This document shows, one piece after another, positions 10,801 to 20,171 of a DNA stretch of 64,000 nt. The first letter of the stretch is position 1. Each line of letters begins with the position of its first letter. The stretch comes from Deltaproteobacteria bacterium (GTDB lineage Bacteria > Myxococcota_A > UBA796 > SXON01), in the NCBI GenBank assembly GCA_947445035.1, contig CANFCK010000003.1:168218-232217 (forward strand), in the 5' to 3' direction. The notes under the pieces were generated by a model. The model did not search any database and was not told where the DNA came from. It was given only the letters and a program-made list of their open reading frames with translations. The translations under genes were made by a program, and so were the position numbers.

Positions 10801-13800
10801 GGCGGCGCGGTTTTTCTTCCCCACGTCATGCGCCGCGAAGCCGCATTCGTGACCCGCGGCCGGCGAGACGCCACCGACGCCATCGCCGTGGCCAGACTCC
10901 TCCGCGCCGAGGAGGCCCAAGCTTCGGTGGAGCTGCTCGTCGCCGACCGCCAACGCGGCGAGGTCTCGGCGCGACGGGCCCTGGCCGACGAGGTCCGCCG
11001 CGCACAGCTGGCGCGTGAGACCGAGCGGCGCCGGCGCCGGGAGGAGGCCGAGCTCGACCGGCTACGCACGGACGCGGAGGCCCTTGAGGATCGCGCCGAG
11101 CGCATCGTGTCACAGGAGCGATCGGATACCGCCGATGGTGTCGATACAGCGCTGCTCCGGGAGCTACGCGCCCGCCTGGAAGAGCGCCAGCGGGCCGTCC
11201 GGGAGCAGGCCGAGCGGGTCGCCGCGGCGCGCGACGCGCAAAGCGCCTCCGAGGCCGAAGCGGCGGCTCAGCGGCGGCGCCGCGTGCTGGCGGCGCTGAG
11301 CGTGGGCGTGGGCCGCTTCCGCCGCCGACTGACCCCGGAGCCGATCGACGCCCGGCCGGGAGCCGATCTGTCCGGGCAGTCCTTCGACGAGCGCGATCTC
11401 GCCGGTGTCGATCTGCGCGCCGCGCAACTCCGACGCTCGACGTTCGTCGGCGCCGACCTCCGGCGCGCGGACCTGCGGGACGCGGACCTGACCGAGTCCG
11501 ATTTCACGGGCGCCAGGCTCGAGGGCGCGCGCTTCGACGGCGCCTGCTTGGATGGGGCCGTGCTCGACCAGATCCTCGTCACCGGGGCGACCTTTGCCAA
11601 TGTGCGCGCCGCCGGCGCGCAACTGGGCGCCGTTCGCGGGCTGTCCGCGGAGGGTAGGCAGGCGCTGGTCGGCGGCGGCGCCCAGACCCCGACCGCGGCC
11701 GAGTCTGGCGGCGGTCGTCTCGCCCTCGGCGCGGTGCTCCTCACCATCGCCGTCGGCGGTGGGTTCTACGCCTACGGCCAGTTCGGCCCTCGCGCCCTGG
11801 ACGCCGCGGCGCTCGAACAGGCAGCCGCCGAAGCAAGGCAGTCCGGGCGCTCCGGTGACGCCGCTGACGCCTTCCGCCGGCTCTCCGAGCAAGCCGTCGA
11901 CCTCCAGAGTCGCGTGGACTACCTGCTCGAAGGCGCGGTCTCGGCGGAGGAGGCCAACGACCGCGCGCGTACCCTCTCGCTGCTCGAGGAAGCGATCGAG
12001 GCCGCCGGCGACACTCAGGACTTCCCCCGCGTGCTGCTTGCGCGGGCAGATGTCTGGCAACGGCTCGGCCTGGACAGTCGCGCGGCAACGGAGTTCGAGG
12101 CGCTTCTGGCGCGCAGGGACATCTCGCCCGACCAGGCTGCGGCCTCGGTCGTGGGACTCCACAACGCGCTGCGCGATGGCGGTCAGACGGCGGGACGATT
12201 CCAGGAGAAACGCCTTTTCGCCCTGGCCACCGACCCCGAACGTTGCGCCTTCGCCCTTGCCCTCGCCGACGCCTGGGCCGCCGCCGACCTGCCGCTTCCG
12301 GCGAAGGCGGCGCTCGAAGCCGCCCTCGCCTCCATTGAGAGCCCACCGGAGCGGGCGGAGGTGCAGCTACGGCTGGCACGAGCCACTGCGGAGGGCGGCG
12401 AACTGGACGCGGGCCTGGCCCTGTACGCGGCGCTGGACGGCTCCACCCGCGAAGAGGACGCACGCCTGGGCGCGGCAGAGCTGCTGGAGCGGGCCGGACG
12501 TGGCGAAGAAGCCAGGGCGATGCTCACTCCGCTCTTGAGCGCCTCGGCGGCGGATGTCCGGGCGCGGGCTCACCTTGCCCTGGCGACGACCGCCGAGCGC
12601 GCCGGGCAGAACGAGGTCGCCATGGACCATGTGCGCGAGGCGCTTGCCATCGGCGGCGTACCGCCCGCGATCTCGGATGGCGCTCGCATCCTCCTCGCCC
12701 GGCTGGATCCCAGCGCCGTGGAGGACCTGGTGGCGGAGCACCCAGGCCTCGCGACCCAGCTGCTCTTGGGGCGGGCTCAGGCGCTGCGGGAAGCGGGGGA
12801 GCGCAGCGACGCTCGCGCGATCTGGGTCAAGGTGGCGGAGGACGCGAGTACGACGCCCGAAGCCCGCGTGGAGGCGACGCTGGCCATCGCCGAACTACAG
12901 GTCGACGACGGCGACATGGAAGGCGCGATCCGCCGCTACGACGCGCTTTTGGCCGGGGCGCTGGTCGACCGCGACACCCGAGTTCGCGTCAGCCTTGGCC
13001 GCAGCCAGGCCCTGCTCCGGTCCAACCGCGTCCAGGAGGCGGAAGCGGCCTACATCGCGCTATTGGCGGGGGCCTCCGCGGAGGTGGAGGCGCAATGTCG
13101 CCTGGGACTGGCCAACGCGAAGGAGCTGCGGGGTCAGGCCGCGGCGGCGGCTGAGCTGTACCAGATGGTCGGGCGCGGGCAGGGACCCTGGGCGCTGGAG
13201 GCGCTGCTGTCGCTGGGCCGGCTCCGCGAAACAGGCGGCGACCTGCCGAGCGCGATCGAGGCCTACCGCCTTGCCCGGGGCCGACCTGGAGCCGAGGCCA
13301 GCCGCCGCACGGCTGCCGATCTCGCGTTGGCCCAGGCGCTCGACGCCAGCGGGGACGCGGCTGGCGCCGCCACCGTGTATGCGGCGCTCATCGAGGCCCC
13401 CGACACCGGCATCCGGGTGCAGGCCCGCATCGCAGTCGCCGAAGCCCGGCTCGCAGCGGATCCCGCGGCGGCGCGTGCGCTGCTCGACTCGGCGCTGGCG
13501 GAGGCGACTGCGGGCCCCGAGCAGAACGCAGCAAGAGCGCTCTGGGTGCGGGCATCGGTCGCCGTCGGCGATGCCGCAGGGGCGCGCAGCCGGCTGGACG
13601 CGTGGCTGGCAACCGATGGCGACCGCGGCTCCCGCGATGAACTGGTGGCTGCCTCCATCCGCGCGCTGCGCGCCGAGGGCGAAATCGATGCGGCTGCGGA
13701 GGTTGCCACGCGGTGGGCCGACGTCGGCTTCGAAGCTGGCATGGAGGGGGCGCTGAGCTTGCGGGAGGCGGGGCGGACTGCGGAAGCGGTGCGGGTGCTC

Positions 13801-14586
13801 AAAGACCTGGAGCCAGAGGGCGTCGACGACCGCCGCTGGCGGGACGAGGTGTACGCCGAGCTGCTCGTCGAGGCCGACGATCTGGACGCTGCGGACGAGG
13901 TGTGGGCGCGCTTGCAGCGGTCCGATCCCGACGCGGCGTACCTGGGCCGCGCGCGGATTGCCCGTATGCGCGGCGAGCCTGAGCGCGCACTGACCCTGCT
14001 CGCCGACACGCGGGACGCCCGCGCCGCGGAGGAGCGCGGACTCGCCTACGAAGCGCTGGAGCGGTGGGACGAGGCGCTCTCGGCCTACGCGTCCATGGCG
14101 TCTTCCGCCGATGTCGAGCGACGCTCGGCGGCGCACGTCGGGCAGGCGCGGGTGTGGCTGGCGCGGGAGGACGCCCGGGCGGCGCTATCCGCCCTCGCGC
14201 AGCTCTCGGTCGTCGACCCTGGCTACACCCTGACGGTGGGTCAACTCAAGGGTGATGCGTTGGTGGCGCTCAAACGTTTCGACGAGGCGCGTGACGTCTA
14301 CGCCTCGCTCGACGGGGACGCAGAGTCGCGGACGGTCGGCGCCTTGGGGCTTGGCGAATGCGCCCTTGCCGCCGGAGACCCGCGCACTGCCGTCACCCGC
14401 TTCGGCGACGCGTTGCGCGAAACGAGCGACCGCTACTACCAGGCCGACGCCATCGCTGGCCTGGTCCGGGCGTTTCACGAAGCGGGTCGCGGCGAACAGG
14501 CGCTGGCGCAGTTCGAGACGCTCAAGGACGGCTACCCCGAGCGCCCCGACGCCATCGCCCGCGCCCAGGCCGCGCTCAACGAGTGA
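7900..14586 (+). CDS. Giant pentapeptide-repeat / coiled-coil / transmembrane / TPR-solenoid protein (2228 aa)
   Basis: A(D/R)LxG pentapeptide blocks near the N-terminus and at about aa 1150-1250; hydrophobic helix LALGAVLLTIAVGGGFYAY; about 900 aa of TPR-like Ala/Leu helical repeats. Confidence 0.85.
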   Translation: MKKQAPCQPESDKSGTVPVLAFRPRYRGADLRVVDLSTVSLKGQDLAGCDLRGVDLSRRDLSGADLSDARLDGATLVDAEFRDTVLNGTNLTDADARGARFDRSRGADLIATALDARGASFRGVEWPRCRLSSARLGGARFGGARLDGSDLEGASLVGSELRRAVLDDAALEGADLSQIAGLGLALAGAHGRFRLVGADLRGSDLRGIALLEFELDDARLDGATVDRQLSRQSPGRLRALGWSPPMLGRALSPLREGGRFPTHVAAWLDGWRAARPSEADARPDDEEAREPDDDVIEDAFAGDTFRREREIARRAWAREASARSRAAVLRPPDRVVPRLPIPAAPVPAATQRLGTPTLAPSEFLDAFRDGAAARDAVVADAALTRELRARADVRRRAAAAIRETANAALRRESERLRAAEEAAALAWHQRQEALRLAEAEALQTAAARGAAEADRAALARSSQVAASRAAEVKGAAASRAAEVERDFGDSAGARDAEPPAPVVAPAPQAIDPPPAQERRARAIAQLIRSASDQTQGRRKLLYQLDAAEAQERARRDEQDLAAASPGLSPTRRSAVGPGAVLAAARRVLSAAGRQVGNFVEQAAGASMRVGRGAPTAAADFAGAATRTLAEFRRLFDTLAAPVVPAEPGGTTEDERILRILRGTEDERILRILRGGESASAAPTGPAWGTESRARLRALARRAQGRARNASFPGRVYFGTIAGLSAIAGRIAQLPTWTWSTAARAGNAALALTVTVATGAIALAIAVGHGVRIGAPRLAAASDVWLWTPLNHAIRRAAPALRDVLDRAEVGEAEPEPTGEPDTVAQKRRVESQRRRAAEMARLDELRTTTAQRADELIRTARAVALAARAGLGPAVDAALEPLALIVAPMVSRFQSLRSLTTGENLRSASLWLWGADEDARVLRATVEDGLEFARRSEERTRTHSYLGGARYVGVLGAVRASAREREAGGAVFLPHVMRREAAFVTRGRRDATDAIAVARLLRAEEAQASVELLVADRQRGEVSARRALADEVRRAQLARETERRRRREEAELDRLRTDAEALEDRAERIVSQERSDTADGVDTALLRELRARLEERQRAVREQAERVAAARDAQSASEAEAAAQRRRRVLAALSVGVGRFRRRLTPEPIDARPGADLSGQSFDERDLAGVDLRAAQLRRSTFVGADLRRADLRDADLTESDFTGARLEGARFDGACLDGAVLDQILVTGATFANVRAAGAQLGAVRGLSAEGRQALVGGGAQTPTAAESGGGRLALGAVLLTIAVGGGFYAYGQFGPRALDAAALEQAAAEARQSGRSGDAADAFRRLSEQAVDLQSRVDYLLEGAVSAEEANDRARTLSLLEEAIEAAGDTQDFPRVLLARADVWQRLGLDSRAATEFEALLARRDISPDQAAASVVGLHNALRDGGQTAGRFQEKRLFALATDPERCAFALALADAWAAADLPLPAKAALEAALASIESPPERAEVQLRLARATAEGGELDAGLALYAALDGSTREEDARLGAAELLERAGRGEEARAMLTPLLSASAADVRARAHLALATTAERAGQNEVAMDHVREALAIGGVPPAISDGARILLARLDPSAVEDLVAEHPGLATQLLLGRAQALREAGERSDARAIWVKVAEDASTTPEARVEATLAIAELQVDDGDMEGAIRRYDALLAGALVDRDTRVRVSLGRSQALLRSNRVQEAEAAYIALLAGASAEVEAQCRLGLANAKELRGQAAAAAELYQMVGRGQGPWALEALLSLGRLRETGGDLPSAIEAYRLARGRPGAEASRRTAADLALAQALDASGDAAGAATVYAALIEAPDTGIRVQARIAVAEARLAADPAAARALLDSALAEATAGPEQNAARALWVRASVAVGDAAGARSRLDAWLATDGDRGSRDELVAASIRALRAEGEIDAAAEVATRWADVGFEAGMEGALSLREAGRTAEAVRVLKDLEPEGVDDRRWRDEVYAELLVEADDLDAADEVWARLQRSDPDAAYLGRARIARMRGEPERALTLLADTRDARAAEERGLAYEALERWDEALSAYASMASSADVERRSAAHVGQARVWLAREDARAALSALAQLSVVDPGYTLTVGQLKGDALVALKRFDEARDVYASLDGDAESRTVGALGLGECALAAGDPRTAVTRFGDALRETSDRYYQADAIAGLVRAFHEAGRGEQALAQFETLKDGYPERPDAIARAQAALNE
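9292..9348 (+). repeat. 24-bp direct repeat (period 33) encoding AASRAAEV twice
   Basis: gcggcatcgcgtgccgccgaggtg at 9292-9315 and 9325-9348. Confidence 0.9.
9850..9921 (+). repeat. Perfect 36-bp tandem duplication encoding TEDERILRILRG twice
   Basis: accgaggacgaacgcattctcaggatcctgcgcggg at 9850-9885 and 9886-9921. Confidence 0.95.
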
Positions 14587-16270
14587 CGCGCGTCCACAGG
14601 GGGCCGAAGGGCTCTTTGAGCACGTCGCCAACGCGCTCGGCGAGGCGGATGTCCCGCCGGGACGCGGTGACGCGGCCTTCCCAGGAGATCGCCGGGCCAT
14701 CGACCAAGGGCGGGGAGCCGAGTCGCACACCCAGCGCACGCGCCCGTGCTTCGGCGCGACCCGCGTGTGGACCGGCAAGTGCCGGCTCGGCCCAAAGCTC
14801 GGCATCAAGGGAGTATTCTGGAAGCAGAAGGCCGCTGGTGTGAAGCACGATGCGGTCGGTCCTGCCCCGCAGCGCCGACAGCACGCCCGCGAGGTCGGGG
14901 TGCAAAAGCGGCTCGCCCCGCCATCGCAGGACCACCGTGCCGAACCGGAAACCAGCCGCCGCGGCGGCATCGAGGATGCGTGCCACCACCCCGGCGCCGA
15001 GGAACCCGCGACCAAAATCGACGTAGTGTTTGTCTCGCAGCTCGGCGAGACGCGCGGGGTCCTCGGCCACAGCCTCAAACGGCACGGGCGACCGGGCAAA
15101 GAGGGTGCGAAGCGCGGGGCTCCGCGTGTCGTCCGGCACGTCTGAAAGCTCGAAAGCGACTGGCAAATCTATGGTACTCAGTCGTCGTTGCGTCACGATG
15201 GACGCGCGCGCGACCCCGGCCAACTCGCGCACCAGCGGCACCACGGCATCGCTGTCGCGGCGGAGGTAGCAGTTCTGGATGCACGGCGTCGCGCAGCGCT
15301 TGACCACCTCACGTCGTTGTTTCAGCGTCGGGCTCGACCAGAGTTGGCGGAGCGTGGCCTCGCGCACCGAGCCATAGCGGCCGGCCAGGAAGTCCAGCTT
15401 CCCGTCGCACATGATGACGCTACCATCGGCGTTGACGTAAAGCTCCTTCCAGCCCGCCCAGCACGGCGCGTCCAGGGGCGACAGGCCTTCGCGGTAGTAC
15501 CGCGGCACCAACCGCAGGTCCGCGGCGGCGTTGAGCACCAGGGGTTCGTCCTCGAGCGCCCGCACCACGCTTTCCAGCTCGGGCAGCGATCCCTCGTCGA
15601 ACCACATGCCGCCCACAGTGTCGTCGTCCCGATCGCGGAACAGGTTGAGCACCTGCACGCCGTCGAAGCCGAGCGCACCCAGGCGCTGCACGAACGCCAC
15701 GAAACCGTCGACATTTCGTCGGTTGAGGATGACGTTGGCACACACCTTCCGACGAGGATTTCCCTGGGTCTCATCGGCCTCGCGCAGCGCGCGGTAGCCG
15801 GCCATCGTCCGCCGCCAACTCCCCTCCCCTCGCACCGCATCGTGCGCCACTTCAGGCCCGTCGATGCTGATGTTGACGTGGAGCTTTTCCACCGGTATCT
15901 TGGCGATCGCCGCGGCACGCTCGGGCCGGATCAGCGTGCCGTTGGTGGTCAGCGTGGTGTGCATGTCGCGACGTGCTGCATGCGCAAGAATGACTTCGAG
16001 ATCCGCGCGGATGAAGGGCTCGCCCCCGAGCGGGTTGAAGACCCCGACGCCCCAGTCCGCAGCTTGATCGATGAGATCCATCACTTCGCGCGTCGTGAGC
16101 TCTGGGCTGTCGTAGCAGGTGGTGCACATCACGCAGGTGAGGTTGCAACGCAACGTCAGGTTCACGCTCAACCAGTCGGGCGGCGCGAGGCTCGTCGTCA
16201 GCGCGCGGGACGCCCACATGCGCAGGTCGCGGGTGATGGCGGGGACCGAGCGGAGCACTGCCGAGGGCAT
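14576..16270 (-). CDS. Radical SAM/SPASM-Twitch protein with a degenerate second radical-SAM-like domain
   Basis: CNLTCVMC, GGEP, TTNGT, ISIDG, CWAGW...DGSVIMC...CATPCIQNC; C-terminal RWRGEPLLHPDL...HTSGLLL without the CxxxCxxC motif. Confidence 0.9.
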   Translation of the reverse strand: MPSAVLRSVPAITRDLRMWASRALTTSLAPPDWLSVNLTLRCNLTCVMCTTCYDSPELTTREVMDLIDQAADWGVGVFNPLGGEPFIRADLEVILAHAARRDMHTTLTTNGTLIRPERAAAIAKIPVEKLHVNISIDGPEVAHDAVRGEGSWRRTMAGYRALREADETQGNPRRKVCANVILNRRNVDGFVAFVQRLGALGFDGVQVLNLFRDRDDDTVGGMWFDEGSLPELESVVRALEDEPLVLNAAADLRLVPRYYREGLSPLDAPCWAGWKELYVNADGSVIMCDGKLDFLAGRYGSVREATLRQLWSSPTLKQRREVVKRCATPCIQNCYLRRDSDAVVPLVRELAGVARASIVTQRRLSTIDLPVAFELSDVPDDTRSPALRTLFARSPVPFEAVAEDPARLAELRDKHYVDFGRGFLGAGVVARILDAAAAAGFRFGTVVLRWRGEPLLHPDLAGVLSALRGRTDRIVLHTSGLLLPEYSLDAELWAEPALAGPHAGRAEARARALGVRLGSPPLVDGPAISWEGRVTASRRDIRLAERVGDVLKEPFGPLWTRVTR

Positions 16271-16334
16271 AGCCTCGGTGGCCGACCACCGCCCACGCGT
16301 GACGCATCTCGGCCAAGCTGGCTACGTTCCCAAT

Positions 16335-17696
16335 GTGCGCATTCTCGTCGTCCACCACGGCTCGCTCGCTCCCGGCTCGGCTCCCACCACCGGGGGGGCC
16401 GTTCGTGCCGCGCAACACGTCGCGGCGCTCCGAGGCGCCGGGCATGAGGTCGCGACGTTGCATCGCGATCAGGATGGTCCGGGCGGGTTCACCGGCCCCG
16501 CGCACTTGCGTTCGTTGGCGCGCCGAAGCCGGCCGGACTGGGTGCTGTGCGTGGCCCCAGAGGAGGCGTCGAGCCTGACCGGGCTCGCCCCGCTCGTCGT
16601 CGATCTCTACGCTCCGCGACTGCTCGAAGCGGCCTGGGAAGGACAGCAGGAAGACGAAGCTCGGCGCGCGCTCTTGGCGGTCGACGCCGCCGATGAGGTG
16701 CTTTTCTCCAACCCCCGGCAGCGCTGGTTCTGGTTGGGCGTGCTCGGGCTGACCGGCTGGGACCTTTCCCGTGAGGTGGGCCGCATTGTGCCCCTGGCCA
16801 CATCGTCCATCGTCAGCGGAAAGCGTCCCAAGCGGCCACGGGTGATCCTTGGCGGCCATCCCTGGCCGTGGCAGGACGCGACCGACGTCCTCGGCCGTGC
16901 GCTTCGGCACCTCAAGGGGCGCGCGGAGATCGTAAGCTACGGGCTCCCGCCAATGGACGGCGTCACGGCGCAGGGGCTGGTCTCGGTTGGCGAGTGGCGG
17001 ACGGCCTGCGCGGGAGCAACGGTCGCGCTCGACCGCTATGCGCCCCACACCGAGCGCGAGCTGGCGCTGAGCTTCCGGCAGTTGGACTACCTCTCCGCTG
17101 GCCTCCCGATCATCACCGATCCGTGGACGCCCCTGGCCGACGGTGTCCGCGCCCACCGCGCCGGCTGGGTCGACGAGAGCCTCGAAGATGCCCTCGACGC
17201 CGCGCTGACGGATGACCGAAGGGCAGGCGCCGCCTCGCTCGCAGCGACGTACGCGCCCGACGCCACGGCGGCGGTGCTGGCTTCGCTCGCCCCCACCTTC
17301 CGGCTCCGGACCTGGAGCGCGCTGCGCTGGTCTCGTCAAGCCGCGGCTGCCAAGCTCCGTTCTGAGGCCGACACCCTGCTTCGCGAGGCCGCCGAGGCAG
17401 AGGTGCGGCAGAAGCGCGACGAGGTTGATGTCCTGGTCGGGCAACTACGGGCGCTGACCAGCGCTGTCGAGAGCCTCGCTTCGTCGCAAGCGGACATGGC
17501 GGGCTTCCGGCGCGAGACCGTCCAGGTCCTGGGCACGCGGCTGGCGGGCCAGACGGGAGAGGCCGAGGCGCTGCGTCGTGAGCTGGCGATCACCCGCGCC
17601 GACCTGGAGAAGAAGGAATTGGAGCTGGCCCAGGTGCACACTGAGCGCGATCGTTTGGGCGGGGTTTTGAGGCGGTTGAAGGGGGAGGGGCGCTGA
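16335..17696 (+). CDS. GT-B glycosyltransferase (GT4-like) with C-terminal coiled coil
   Basis: MRILVV start, GGAVRA, LRGAGHEV, PLVVDLY, RQLDYLSAGLPIITD; last 110 aa or so are heptad-rich; GTG start at 16335. Confidence 0.75.
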   Translation: MRILVVHHGSLAPGSAPTTGGAVRAAQHVAALRGAGHEVATLHRDQDGPGGFTGPAHLRSLARRSRPDWVLCVAPEEASSLTGLAPLVVDLYAPRLLEAAWEGQQEDEARRALLAVDAADEVLFSNPRQRWFWLGVLGLTGWDLSREVGRIVPLATSSIVSGKRPKRPRVILGGHPWPWQDATDVLGRALRHLKGRAEIVSYGLPPMDGVTAQGLVSVGEWRTACAGATVALDRYAPHTERELALSFRQLDYLSAGLPIITDPWTPLADGVRAHRAGWVDESLEDALDAALTDDRRAGAASLAATYAPDATAAVLASLAPTFRLRTWSALRWSRQAAAAKLRSEADTLLREAAEAEVRQKRDEVDVLVGQLRALTSAVESLASSQADMAGFRRETVQVLGTRLAGQTGEAEALRRELAITRADLEKKELELAQVHTERDRLGGVLRRLKGEGR

Positions 17697-17708
17697 GGCA
17701 GGGGCCTC

Positions 17709-19082
17709 TCAACCGCCCGCCGCCTTCTTGTCCAGCTCCTCGCACATTTGCACGAACGCCAAGAACGACTCCGACTCGGTCATGGCGGCCTGCAGCCGCT
17801 TGGTGGCGTCCTTGTCGCCTGACAACAGGCGCAGCCGTCCTTCGAGGCCGATGAGTGCGCCCTGGCGGTTCGGAGCGTACCAATCCAGCCCGCTCGGCGG
17901 GGACTGCTCCAAGAGCACGAGCAGGGCCTCGAAGAAGTGGCCCTTGCGCGCGAGCTGGCGAATGGCGCCGTTCTGGAGGGCGAGGGCCTGGTAGTAACGT
18001 TCCCCTTCCGGCCGATCGCTCAGCTTCGCGACTTCGCTGCGCACGGCCCGGGGGACCTCCCCCTCGCGAAGCGTGCCCCAGCGCGTGGCGAGGCGCTCGG
18101 CCAGCGTGCGGAAGGCGGCGGCGTCGGCGTACTCTGGCTGCGGGGTCACCACCGGCGCGCCGAAGCCGCCTACATCGACCCAGGGGTCGGGGAGCGCGTT
18201 GCCGGCGAACTCGTCCGTCGTCCAGGCGGCGCGCTGCGGAATCAATGCCGCCGCCGGCCGCTGGAAAAGCGCCTTGGTCTCCCCGCTGCCGATCGCCGTC
18301 AGCGCCGCAGAGAGTGCATCCATCTGGCGCCGCCGCTCGGCCAGCGTCCACGCCCCCCACGCCTCGCTGACCACCAGCGGATCGACCGTGTCATCCCAAG
18401 CGCGCGCCAGCCACAGGGCCTTTTCGGCCGGGGAGGCCGATGCGCCCGGCGGGGAGTCCAGCGCCTCTGACGCCGCGGACACGCCCACCGCCAACGTGCG
18501 GGCGCCCTCGCGGACGTCCTCGCCCTTTTCCGCGCGCAGCGCCAGTGCGTAGTAGCGCAGGCGCATCGCGGACAACGAGGACCCTGTGGGCTCGGGAACC
18601 GTCCGGGTCGTCAGCGCAGCGCACAGGGCCCCGTCCCGCTCCAGGCCGGCCGCGAGCACCTCCCGGACCGGGGTGACCGCCGCGCTCGACAACGGCACCG
18701 CCCGCACCCGCGCCGCCGCTGAAACATAGGCGGCGGCGCATGTTTTGAAGTCACCACGCGCGGCGTCGTTCCGTGCCAGGTCGCGACCGCTGATCGCCAG
18801 ATGGGTGACCGCGGCGACACGCACGTGGTCCCAATCTGGCTGGCCGTACTCGCTGGGGCTGCGGCGGTAGCCGTCGGCAGCCGCCCACGCGGGATCGTCC
18901 CGGCCGATGCGACCGCCGCTGACCGCCGGAATCGCGAGAGGCTCCGGGGGTGCGGGCGCAACAACCTGCTTCGCCTCGACCGCCACCTTCTTCTGCATTT
19001 TTTGTACGTCGCCGTCCTTTTTACTCGAACGGCACGCAGTCAGCGGGAGGAACAGGAGTCCGAGGATCAGCAGGCGGAGCAT
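17709..19082 (-). CDS. Hypothetical lipoprotein
   Basis: Signal MLRLLILGLLFLPLTAC (lipobox), AGGAGG SD, helical Ala-rich body. Confidence 0.75.
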   Translation of the reverse strand: MLRLLILGLLFLPLTACRSSKKDGDVQKMQKKVAVEAKQVVAPAPPEPLAIPAVSGGRIGRDDPAWAAADGYRRSPSEYGQPDWDHVRVAAVTHLAISGRDLARNDAARGDFKTCAAAYVSAAARVRAVPLSSAAVTPVREVLAAGLERDGALCAALTTRTVPEPTGSSLSAMRLRYYALALRAEKGEDVREGARTLAVGVSAASEALDSPPGASASPAEKALWLARAWDDTVDPLVVSEAWGAWTLAERRRQMDALSAALTAIGSGETKALFQRPAAALIPQRAAWTTDEFAGNALPDPWVDVGGFGAPVVTPQPEYADAAAFRTLAERLATRWGTLREGEVPRAVRSEVAKLSDRPEGERYYQALALQNGAIRQLARKGHFFEALLVLLEQSPPSGLDWYAPNRQGALIGLEGRLRLLSGDKDATKRLQAAMTESESFLAFVQMCEELDKKAAGG

Positions 19083-19097
19083 GGGCTCCTCCTGGTA

Positions 19098-20171
19098 TCA
19101 CCCCACCCCCAACTCCTCCGCCCGCCTACGCGTCTGCTCCCGATGCGCCGGCTCCAGGCGGTACCAGTTGACGCCGCCGCAGCGAGCGCACGCGCCTTCG
19201 AAGCGGCCGGCGAGGTGCTGCATCCGCAGGCGCGTGGCCCGTTCGCCCTCCCACAACTCGCGGAAGCCCGCCCCTGCGAGTGAGCCCAGATCGAGTTCGC
19301 CGCCGAGATCGGCGCAACACATCATCAAGTGACCATCGTGCCGAACGACGGGCGTAAACCACGCACCGGGGCAGGCGTCGCGCTTTGGGTGGGCGTCGTC
19401 GGCCTGCCAGGGGCGGTCCGCCCAAACGCCGACCGAAAATCCCTCCTCGTGGCGGGCGACCACCCCGGCCGCCGCGAGCGCCTCGTCGTAGAGTCGGTCC
19501 GCGGCCGCCTGTCCCGAGGCGCCGCCGCCGACGCTCAGCCGCTTGAAGAGCACCTCCAGGTGGCCGCCGGGCGAGGGGTGACAGCGCGCCAGGCCCTCCC
19601 AGTAGTCCAGGAACGGCCGCGCCTCGTGGGCGTTGCCGGGCTGGACCACGAACTGGACCTGCACGTCAAGTCGGCCCGCGTCGCCACGATGGGCGAGCAG
19701 GTACCGCGCTGCTCGGCGCACCTTGGCCAGCCCTTCGCGGCCCTTCACCCGCCGGTAGGTGGCCGCCGTCGCCGCGTCGATGGTGAACACCACCAGGAGC
19801 GGCACGTCGCGGGCCTTTTCGGCGAGGAGCCGGTCGAGCCGCGCCGGGTCGAGCAACAGCCCGTTGGTGTCGATGCGCACATGCCCCACCCGGTCCCCGA
19901 GCCGCCGCCCCGCCAGCCCGACCATGCGCTCCAGTTCGGGGTGAACCGAGGGGTCGCCGAGCCACTGCAAGATGAGGTGATCGAAGTGGCAGTCCCCGTC
20001 TACGAGGCCGGCAAGGACGTGCTCGTAGAGCGGCAGCGGCATCAGGCCCTTGGCGATGCCATGGACCGAGGGCCAGTGCTCGGCGTGCGGGGCGCACATG
20101 CGACACGCGAGGTTGCACAGATCGGTGGGTTCGATCTGAAGCACGCCCATGCCGGAAGGAACCGTCGCCAC
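19098..20171 (-). CDS. Radical SAM/SPASM-Twitch protein (BtrN-like arrangement)
   Basis: QIEPTDLCNLACRMC, DTNGLLL, TIDA, CPGAW...DGHLMMCCAD...CARC; start trimmed to GTG 20171 (or ATG 20150). Confidence 0.9.
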   Translation of the reverse strand: MATVPSGMGVLQIEPTDLCNLACRMCAPHAEHWPSVHGIAKGLMPLPLYEHVLAGLVDGDCHFDHLILQWLGDPSVHPELERMVGLAGRRLGDRVGHVRIDTNGLLLDPARLDRLLAEKARDVPLLVVFTIDAATAATYRRVKGREGLAKVRRAARYLLAHRGDAGRLDVQVQFVVQPGNAHEARPFLDYWEGLARCHPSPGGHLEVLFKRLSVGGGASGQAAADRLYDEALAAAGVVARHEEGFSVGVWADRPWQADDAHPKRDACPGAWFTPVVRHDGHLMMCCADLGGELDLGSLAGAGFRELWEGERATRLRMQHLAGRFEGACARCGGVNWYRLEPAHREQTRRRAEELGVG

